From assembly GCF_021650935.1 (NCBI RefSeq), contig NZ_CP091244.1:3305230-3337229 (forward strand): a DNA stretch of 32,000 bases. The letters are read 5' to 3'. The position numbers and the translations under genes were made by a program. The DNA is from Thiothrix winogradskyi. Lineage in GTDB: Bacteria > Pseudomonadota > Gammaproteobacteria > Thiotrichales > Thiotrichaceae. This document shows, in pieces, positions 25,112-32,000 of this stretch (position 1 is the first letter of the stretch; each line of letters begins with the position of its first letter). The notes beneath the pieces are model-generated. The model ran no database searches. It saw only the letters and a program-made list of their open reading frames with translations, and had not been told where the DNA came from.

Positions 25112-28100
25112 ATGACTAAGCGCCATTACCTGCACAAGGGATTGCTACTTATCCTGATGCTGCTGACGTGTTTACTGCCTGCTGCCCATGCCGCAGTTAC
25201 CGCGAACCTAACCGTGCAAGTCGTCGATGGCACCAACGCTGATGCGCCCTTAGCCAATCATGAAATCCACGTCCGCGAAGTCTTAGCCGACGGCAGCAAT
25301 GTGTGGCGCACTAAAGCCAAAACCGATACCAATGGGCAAGTCGCTTTCACGTTGGATGGTTTGGGCGCTGGCAAACGCTATGTCTTACAAGCCAAAAGCT
25401 CCCGTGCCAATAAAAATCGACAAAGTGCCGTGATCGACACCGCTGGCGCGATGACATTCCGGGTTGGTTTTCCCCTGCTAAACGTCACCTTATTGGATGC
25501 ATTGACTCAACAGCCGCTGTCTGACATCAGCGTCACGGCTTACAAACAGGAAAACGGCAAAGCCATCTGGTTAGACAACCTGAAAACGAACAGCAGCGGG
25601 CTGGTCATATTTGAACTCGAAGCACTCAGCCAAGGTATCCCCGTCACCTTGAATGCCAAGGTATTCAACGGCTTTACTGCCACGCAAACCCACACACAAC
25701 CCGGCTCAGCAAAGTTCACCTTGGGCGACACAGTTGCCACCCTGGTTGATGGTATTCAAGCCGGATTACCGCCATTAGCTAATTACGGCGTACAAGTCCG
25801 GGAATTGTTAAGCGACGGTAAAACAGCATGGTTTGCCAGTGTTACCACGGATGCGAAAGGGCAATTACGCCTGAATCTACCGCCCAACCGCCAGTTCCGT
25901 CTCGAAGCCAAAAGCACGTTCAACAACGCTTACAAATTCAGTCAACCGTTGCAAGCCGGGCAGCAACAGACCTTTCAAGTTGGCACGCCTTTGCTGCAAG
26001 CCACGCTGAAAGACGCGGTTTCTGGCGCAGTACTTCCGGCAGTAAAAGTCACCGCTTACCTCATCAAAGCCGACGGTAAAAGTGTTTGGCGCACCGAAAC
26101 CAGCACAGATGCCAACGGTCAAGTGCGTTTCGACCTTCCCGAACTGCTGGAAGGTGACAAAGCACAATTATTTGCCGCCCCCTACAACGCCTACCGTGCT
26201 GCCAGCCCTATTGTCAGTCAACCCGGCAATCTGGAATTCAAGGTGGGGGAAACACGGGTGAAAGTAATGGACAGCACCCAAACACCTGCCAAACCCTTAG
26301 CCAACCAAAAAGTGACAATCGCCGAAAAAATGGCAGATGGCAAAGAAGTGTGGCGCAGCGAAGCTACCACCGATGCCGCCGGTCTATTACGCCTAAGCCT
26401 GTTTGCGCAGAATGATAAACGCACTTACGTTCTCAAAGCGAAAAGCCCGTTTAACCAAAGCTGGAAAACCAGTCAACCTTTGCAACAAGCGGGTGAATAT
26501 ACGTTTACCGTAGGTAGCCAACCTTTGCCCGTCACGCTCAAAGACCTTAGTACCGGCAATCCGTTAGCCAATATCCAAATCACCGCCTATCGCGTAGTCG
26601 CAGGCGGCAAACCGGAATGGATTACCCGCCAAACCACCGATGCTAACGGGCGCACCGGCTTTGACTTACCCGAATTAAGCAATGGCGGCACGATTCGCCT
26701 GCAAGCCACCGCCTTCAACAACTTCGGCGCGTGGAGTCAAGACATTACCAGCACCGCCGCGTTTGAATTCGGCGTCGGTAGTATGCAAATTAGCGTCAAA
26801 GACGGTACACAAGCCGATGGCGTATTGCTACCAAATCTGGAGGTGCATATCCGTGAAAACATGGCAGATGGCACGACGGCTTGGTTCAACAAAGCAATAA
26901 CAGATACGCAAGGTAATCTAAAAATCGACCTGCCGGGGCTGGATAAAGGGCGCAAATTTTTCCTGCAAGCCATGCACCCCGTGACCAAGCGCTACAAGAG
27001 CAGCCAAACGCTCGAAAAAGCGGGTGCGCATACCTTCATGGTCGGTACACGCCTCATGGCGGTAACACTCTACAATGCCATTACTGCTGCCCCTTTAGCC
27101 GATAAAGACATTACCCTGCAAGAAATACAAGCCGGAAACACTAGCACTTGGCCTTACGTTTGGCGCAGCTCTGCCAAGACTGATGCCAAGGGTATTGCAA
27201 TCATTGATTCCGAATTACTGTCACAAGCAGGCTTGAATTTTGTACTGAGTGTCACGCCTTACAACACCGGCAGGATCATGACTGCACCGTTTCCAGCGCA
27301 AACCTATAGCGTTGATTTTCCGGTAGGGACAATCCCTGTCACCCTCGTTGACCGCGATAATGGCAACGCCATCATGCCGAATCAGCGCATTGATGCTTAT
27401 GAAATTTCCAGCGATGGCAAACTCACTTGGCTCAAAAACGGCACAACCGATACTAACGGGCAAGCCATTTTCGATCTGGAAACCCTACGCAAAGGCACGC
27501 GCCATGTGTTCAAGGCATATAATCCCTTTGGCAACAAACAATACCCGTACAGCCGCATTATCACCACAACCGGTGCGGTCACTTTTGCTATCGGGCGCAC
27601 TGACAAAGGTGAGTTGGATCTCAAACCACCTGCACTGGAAATCCTCTCCCCTAGCAAAGCCAGTGTTGGCACTATCGGCTTTGAACTCAGTGGTAAAGCC
27701 AGCGATGACAAAGCGCTGGACAAAGTTGACATTACCCTCGTGAGTGGCAGCCTCACTGCCACGCATACTGCGACGTTGGATAAAATCACCGGCAACTGGA
27801 AACTCGCAGTAAGCAGCACTGCCCTGCAAACCGGGCAAACCCTCAACGTCACCGCCATAGCCGTTGATGCAACCGGCAATACCACCTCTGTCACCCGCAG
27901 CTACCAAGTGCTCGCGGATAAGGATGCGCCCAGTATTACCATCAGTTCGCACCACGCCGATGAAACGGTGTTAAAAACCGGCTTCCTGCTGCAAGGCACT
28001 GTCACCGATGACACTGAGGTCAGCACCTTGCAACTCTCGGTTACACAAGATAGCGGTAAAGTCTTGGTAACACCCAAAAACCTCACGCCAACCCCGGCAG

Positions 28101-29548
28101 GTCATTGGGCGTATGCCTTGCCCAACGGCATTCTCAGCCAAGACAGCAAAATTACCGTTAGCCTCACCGCTACCGACACCAGTGGCAAACAAAGTAGTAA
28201 TACACTGGCGCTCAACGTAGCAGGCGCACACGAAGAACACCGGCAATTACTCAGCCGCACCACGTTTGGCATCACCGATGCACTGTTGCAGGAAGTCACG
28301 CAATTAGGCACAACCGAGTTCCTAGAGCAACAATTGAATCCAAATAAACTGGATGACAGCGCGTTTGATGCTCGCCTGACCAACGCCAATCCAGCTACCC
28401 TCACGGAATTCCAGACCGCTACTCTGCAACGCATGATCGGTAGCCGCCGCCAGTTGCAGGAAGTAATGACCTGGTTCTGGGAAAACCATTTCAACACCGA
28501 TTTCCGCAAAACCGGCAATAAGCTGCTGTATGAATTGGCAGAAAACGACGTATTCCGTGCTAACGCACTCGGTAATTTCCATCACTTACTCACGGCTAGT
28601 GCCAAAAGTCCGGCGATGTTGTATTACCTCGATAACGTGAAAAACGTCAAAGCCAATGCCAACGAAAACTACGCCCGCGAATTACTGGAATTGCATACGG
28701 TCGGTGTGGATGGTGGTTACACCCAAAAAGAAGTGGATACGCTGGCAGAAGTCTTCACCGGCTGGCAAGTGCAGAATGACCGCTTCTTCTTTAATGCCGC
28801 GCAACACAACAGCAGTGCCAAAGTGTTCTGGGGCAATGCGATTCCCGCAGGTGGTGTGGATGAAGGCGAACGGGTGCTGGATATTCTGGCGCGTCACCCT
28901 GCTACGGCTAACTACCTGTGTTCCAAACTGGTCACGTATTTTGTCAGCGATCAGCCCGTTAACAGCCTGCAAGCACGTTGTGCCAGCACGTTTTTGGAAC
29001 AAGATGCTGCCCCGGATCAAATCGCGCAAGTGTTGCGGGTTATCCTGACTTCGCCGGAGTTTTACGCGACAGCAAACATTAATAGCAAAGTCAAAACACC
29101 CCTGGAATTCGTCACCGCCAGCGTGCGTGCTACCCACGCCCAAGGCACTCACGCTGACTTACCAGCAGCCCTGAAACGCATGGGTATGGATTTGTACCAA
29201 TACCCCCTACCGACCGGCTACTCCGATACCGGCGATGACTGGGTAAGTTCAGCCGCGCTGCAAGAACGGGTGCGCTTCGTCAATCTGTTAGCCAATGCGC
29301 GTAGCGGTGCAACCTATCTGGATACCACTAAGCTTTTCAACGCCCAACAAGCTATCACCGCCGAAAGCATTGCCAGCGATTTACTCAACTGGACGATTGG
29401 CGGTTATTACGCTGAACTGGAATGGCAAACCGCGCTGGAAGTCTTGAACGCTGAAGGTGCTTTCAACCCGAATGCCAGCAATGCTGATGCGCGGATTCGC
29501 GAAACCGTGGGCACTGTTTTGAGTTACCCGGAATTCAACTACCAATAA
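25112..29548 (+). CDS. Secreted 1478-aa protein: nine tandem ~90-aa repeats + two Ig-like domains + C-terminal DUF1800 domain
   Basis: It has a signal peptide ending AAHA|A and repeats carrying a recurring TD(T/A)(N/K)GQ..F.L motif. The C-terminal blocks LLSRTTFG, VMTWFWENHFNT and ELHTVGVDGGYTQKEVDTLAEVFTGW are typical of DUF1800. Confidence 0.85.
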   Translation: MTKRHYLHKGLLLILMLLTCLLPAAHAAVTANLTVQVVDGTNADAPLANHEIHVREVLADGSNVWRTKAKTDTNGQVAFTLDGLGAGKRYVLQAKSSRANKNRQSAVIDTAGAMTFRVGFPLLNVTLLDALTQQPLSDISVTAYKQENGKAIWLDNLKTNSSGLVIFELEALSQGIPVTLNAKVFNGFTATQTHTQPGSAKFTLGDTVATLVDGIQAGLPPLANYGVQVRELLSDGKTAWFASVTTDAKGQLRLNLPPNRQFRLEAKSTFNNAYKFSQPLQAGQQQTFQVGTPLLQATLKDAVSGAVLPAVKVTAYLIKADGKSVWRTETSTDANGQVRFDLPELLEGDKAQLFAAPYNAYRAASPIVSQPGNLEFKVGETRVKVMDSTQTPAKPLANQKVTIAEKMADGKEVWRSEATTDAAGLLRLSLFAQNDKRTYVLKAKSPFNQSWKTSQPLQQAGEYTFTVGSQPLPVTLKDLSTGNPLANIQITAYRVVAGGKPEWITRQTTDANGRTGFDLPELSNGGTIRLQATAFNNFGAWSQDITSTAAFEFGVGSMQISVKDGTQADGVLLPNLEVHIRENMADGTTAWFNKAITDTQGNLKIDLPGLDKGRKFFLQAMHPVTKRYKSSQTLEKAGAHTFMVGTRLMAVTLYNAITAAPLADKDITLQEIQAGNTSTWPYVWRSSAKTDAKGIAIIDSELLSQAGLNFVLSVTPYNTGRIMTAPFPAQTYSVDFPVGTIPVTLVDRDNGNAIMPNQRIDAYEISSDGKLTWLKNGTTDTNGQAIFDLETLRKGTRHVFKAYNPFGNKQYPYSRIITTTGAVTFAIGRTDKGELDLKPPALEILSPSKASVGTIGFELSGKASDDKALDKVDITLVSGSLTATHTATLDKITGNWKLAVSSTALQTGQTLNVTAIAVDATGNTTSVTRSYQVLADKDAPSITISSHHADETVLKTGFLLQGTVTDDTEVSTLQLSVTQDSGKVLVTPKNLTPTPAGHWAYALPNGILSQDSKITVSLTATDTSGKQSSNTLALNVAGAHEEHRQLLSRTTFGITDALLQEVTQLGTTEFLEQQLNPNKLDDSAFDARLTNANPATLTEFQTATLQRMIGSRRQLQEVMTWFWENHFNTDFRKTGNKLLYELAENDVFRANALGNFHHLLTASAKSPAMLYYLDNVKNVKANANENYARELLELHTVGVDGGYTQKEVDTLAEVFTGWQVQNDRFFFNAAQHNSSAKVFWGNAIPAGGVDEGERVLDILARHPATANYLCSKLVTYFVSDQPVNSLQARCASTFLEQDAAPDQIAQVLRVILTSPEFYATANINSKVKTPLEFVTASVRATHAQGTHADLPAALKRMGMDLYQYPLPTGYSDTGDDWVSSAALQERVRFVNLLANARSGATYLDTTKLFNAQQAITAESIASDLLNWTIGGYYAELEWQTALEVLNAEGAFNPNASNADARIRETVGTVLSYPEFNYQ
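25193..27610 (+). repeat. Nine tandem ~90-aa coding repeats (prealbumin/carboxypeptidase-regulatory-like) within the giant ORF
   Basis: Residues 28-833 divide into nine units. Two subtypes alternate: V.V.DG...PLAN..V.VRE..ADG...W and LL..TL.DA.....L....VTAY. All carry the motif W.....TD..G...FDLP.L. Confidence 0.7.
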
Positions 29549-29562
29549 GGCGGGGAAACACT

Positions 29563-30783
29563 ATGCAACGTCGTGATTTTTTAAAGTACATGCTGTCATC
29601 CACCGTCGCGGGGAGCGCTTGGTTCGCTAACAACGCCCATGCCGCAGCAGCCCCGAAAAGCTTGATCGTGATTTTCCAGCGTGGTGGCTGTGATGGCTTG
29701 AACGTCGCAGTACCTTACGGAGAAGCCGCGTATTATCGCCTGCGCCCTACCCTTGCGATTCCCCGCGCCGGGCAAAGCGATGGCGCGTTGGATCTGAACG
29801 GCTTTTTGGGGCTACACCCCGCGATGAGTGCGTTACACAAGCTGTATCAGCAAGGCAATGTGGCGGTCTTTCCGGCAACACATTACCCCAATGCCAGCCT
29901 CTCACATTTCGACAGTGAGCACTTTATCGAAAGCGGTGTTATCAGCAAAACCAGCAACGGCTGGCTAAACCGCCATTTAGAAACCACCAGCCATAGCAGC
30001 GGAATGCGCGGGGTAAGCTTCGGCACAGAGATTGCGCAAGCGTTACGTGGCAATGTGCCGGTGTCTTCCTTTAGTGACTTAGCAGCCTTCGACTTGGATA
30101 TGGCCGCCAGTGCCGAAGCACGCATGACCGCACGTTTGCAAAAAATTTACGCACAAAGCCCCCATCTGGGTGGCAATAACGGAGTACGCATCCAAAATGC
30201 GGGGCGTACCTTGCTTGCCGACCTTGGGCTGGTGCAACAGCTTGATGTGAAAGGCTACCAACCTGCAAATGGCGCAATTTATCCCAACAATAGCTACGGC
30301 ACACAATTACGCCAAGCCGCACAATTAATCAAAGCGGGGGTAGGGTTGGAACTGGCAACTGTGAATATCGGCGGTTGGGACACCCACCAAACACAAGGCA
30401 ATCAAGTGGGTTATCAAGCCAACATGCTAAAGATTTTTGCGGACGGCATCGCCGCACTGTATGCGGATTTAGGCACAGCCATGCAAGATGTCATGATCCT
30501 GACCATGACCGAATTCGGGCGCACTGCTGAAGAGAACGGCAGCCAAGGCACTGACCACGGCAACGCAGGGTGCTGGTTTGCGCTCGGTGGCGGGGTACGC
30601 GGCGGTATATACGGGCAATGGCCGGGGCTGGAAACAGCGCAACTTTACAAAGGGCGCTATCTGGCACATTCAGTCGATTTTCGCGATATTTTCGGGGAAA
30701 TTGCCAGCAAGCATTTGCACAATAACGGGCTAGCTAGTTTATTACCTGGGCATAGCCACACGCCTCTGAATTTTCTGGCATAA
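29563..30783 (+). CDS. DUF1501-family (sulfatase-fold-like) protein with Tat signal
   Basis: It has a twin-arginine leader MQRRDFLKYM...AHAAAAP. The block EFGRTAEENGSQGTDHGNAGCWFALGGGVRGGIYG is typical of DUF1501. Confidence 0.85.
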   Translation: MQRRDFLKYMLSSTVAGSAWFANNAHAAAAPKSLIVIFQRGGCDGLNVAVPYGEAAYYRLRPTLAIPRAGQSDGALDLNGFLGLHPAMSALHKLYQQGNVAVFPATHYPNASLSHFDSEHFIESGVISKTSNGWLNRHLETTSHSSGMRGVSFGTEIAQALRGNVPVSSFSDLAAFDLDMAASAEARMTARLQKIYAQSPHLGGNNGVRIQNAGRTLLADLGLVQQLDVKGYQPANGAIYPNNSYGTQLRQAAQLIKAGVGLELATVNIGGWDTHQTQGNQVGYQANMLKIFADGIAALYADLGTAMQDVMILTMTEFGRTAEENGSQGTDHGNAGCWFALGGGVRGGIYGQWPGLETAQLYKGRYLAHSVDFRDIFGEIASKHLHNNGLASLLPGHSHTPLNFLA

Positions 30784-30789
30784 ACACCA

Positions 30790-31260
30790 TCACCCGCCCA
30801 ATGCCAGCAAACGCGCCTTGACGTCCGCCAGTTCGGTCTGCAAGGCGACCAATTCGGTCACATCTTTTTGCACCCCGATGTAATACATCACGCCATCTTC
30901 CTTATCGAAAAATGGGCTGATGCTTAAATCATTCCAGAATAAACTGCCGTCTTTACGGTAATTGCGCAAGATCACTCTGACCGACTGTTCGGCTTCGATA
31001 GCAGCGCGAATTTTCTGCAATTCTGCCTGATCACGGTCGGCGTTTTGCAGGAAACGGCAGTCCTGGTACAAACACTCTTCCGCGCTGTAGCCTGTCATTT
31101 GTTCAAAAGCATGGTTAACATACAGCAAAATCGTATCATTGCCTTCGCGTTCCGCAATCGTAATACCGTGCTCGGCATAGTCGATCAGGGATTGCAGCAA
31201 TTCCGGGCGAATGGCAGAATTTTTAGTGGGTTCCATAGCGCGTATCCAATCATGAATCAT
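30790..31260 (-). CDS. Short LOV-domain blue-light photoreceptor (PpSB1-LOV-like)
   Basis: GITIAEREGNDTILLYVNHAFEQMTGYSAEECLYQDCRFLQNADRDQ...ILRNYRKDGSLFWNDLSISP...YYIGVQKDVTE contains the LOV motif CRFLQ. The photoactive Cys codon is at 31057-31059. There is a C-terminal J-alpha-like helix and no effector domain. The start is ATG 31260 or ATG 31236. Confidence 0.85.
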   Translation of the reverse strand: MIHDWIRAMEPTKNSAIRPELLQSLIDYAEHGITIAEREGNDTILLYVNHAFEQMTGYSAEECLYQDCRFLQNADRDQAELQKIRAAIEAEQSVRVILRNYRKDGSLFWNDLSISPFFDKEDGVMYYIGVQKDVTELVALQTELADVKARLLALGG

Positions 31261-31326
31261 GGGTTATGCAAAATGATAACATTAATCCATGACAAAACAC
31301 CTATCCAGAACCATGCAGCAGGGGAA

Positions 31327-31530
31327 ATGATCATGATGAATTTACTGGCAGCCATTGGCCTCATGCTAGTGCTAGGGGGAGTCACCGCACTGATTATCGG
31401 TAGCGTGCGCTACTTTTTTCCGTTTGTGGATGAGTACATTCCAGAGGAATTCAAAAAGCCGCTCACCATCCAGTTTGCCGCCTATTATCTGCTGGCAGGG
31501 CTGCTGCTATTGCTGATTCAGCCCACCTGA
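31327..31530 (+). CDS. Small two-TM membrane protein (67 aa)
   Basis: MIMMNLLAAIGLMLVLGGVTALIIG...AAYYLLAGLLLLLIQPT. The ORF-track version starting at 31045 is antisense to the LOV gene, so it was trimmed to the first ATG after it. Confidence 0.45.
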   Translation: MIMMNLLAAIGLMLVLGGVTALIIGSVRYFFPFVDEYIPEEFKKPLTIQFAAYYLLAGLLLLLIQPT

Positions 31531-31540
31531 GGCTCTATGC

Positions 31541-31789
31541 TTAATGCACCACGGTATGCAATACAGTACGCCGCTCGAAATACACCGAGAACGTGCCATA
31601 ATTCCACACTGTAATCCGGGGCCAGCGCTTCTTGATGGGGCCAGCAGACTGGCGAACCGACTGCGGTTCACCGTATTGTGCCTTCACGCTGCTCATACTC
31701 ATGCCATTATGGGGGTAGCCTGCGAATGCGCTATTGGCGAAAAAAGCAATAGCCAGTAACAAAGCACTAAACCATTTAGACAAACGCAT
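31541..31789 (-). CDS. Small exported protein (82 aa)
   Basis: It has a cleavable signal peptide MRLSKWFSALLLAIAFFANSAFA|G. No family was recognised. Confidence 0.55.
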   Translation of the reverse strand: MRLSKWFSALLLAIAFFANSAFAGYPHNGMSMSSVKAQYGEPQSVRQSAGPIKKRWPRITVWNYGTFSVYFERRTVLHTVVH

Positions 31790-31848
31790 GTCTGATCTCC
31801 CGATACTTTACTATTAAACGACACTCATCATCTGTACAATCGCCACCC

Positions 31849-32000
31849 ATGTTTACACCACTCGAATTATTTATCGGACAGCGCTACACGCATTCACGGC
31901 GGCGTAACCGTTTCATCTCGTTCATCTCGTTCGCCTCGATGCTCGGCATCCTGCTGGGGGTCATGGTGCTGATCACGGTTTTGTCGATCATGAACGGGTT
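31849..32000 (+). CDS. Lipoprotein-release ABC permease LolC/LolE family, 5' partial
   Basis: MFTPLELFIGQRYTHSRRRNRFISFISFASMLGILLGVMVLITVLSIMNG parallels the LolC/LolE N-terminus. The gene runs off the window. Confidence 0.8.
   Translation, partial: MFTPLELFIGQRYTHSRRRNRFISFISFASMLGILLGVMVLITVLSIMNG

Noticed and set aside
25540-29152. Numerous ORFs on either strand inside the 1478-aa gene (e.g. 27397-27894, 27485-27955, 28682-29152)
   Set aside because: They overlap the long ORF, which has a coherent domain and repeat structure. None has its own signals or motifs.

Overview
The window has two parts. All family assignments below come from motif recognition by eye; no database search was run.

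**Accessory region (1 to ~14760).** This is a mosaic genomic island abutting the 3' end of tRNA-Pro(GGG) at 14761-14837 (minus strand). It contains these modules:
- A P4-type integrase next to the tRNA.
- A decayed IncP-like conjugation remnant. It has a MobC/TraJ-like gene, a candidate oriT, traK-traL-traM and trbJ-trbL. No relaxase, coupling protein or VirB4 is present. An IS982-family element with intact 7-bp target duplications sits in the oriT-traK spacer.
- An AT-rich single-gene membrane-protein cassette.
- A KfrA-like gene preceded by two 11-bp-phased iteron arrays.
- A 4.2-kb unit carrying a second tyrosine recombinase operon, a Rha-family regulator, a divergent pair of Arc-type RHH genes with palindromic operators, and an RHH / small acidic protein / zeta-toxin-like kinase operon.

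Four copies of a TACTACAAAAA-core repeat delimit these modules. I consider this the most interesting unexplained structure in the window.

**Core region (14761 to 32000).** This is a conserved gammaproteobacterial-type chromosome segment:
- A MerR-family gene, ihfA, pheT, pheS, rplT, rpmI, infC and thrS, all on the minus strand.
- tRNA-Val(GAC).
- htpG with a textbook sigma-32 promoter.
- An operon encoding a lipoprotein, a 1478-aa secreted protein (nine tandem ~90-aa repeats, two Ig-like domains and a C-terminal DUF1800 domain) and a Tat-signal DUF1501 protein.
- A short LOV blue-light photoreceptor, two small envelope proteins and the 5' end of a lolC/lolE-type permease.
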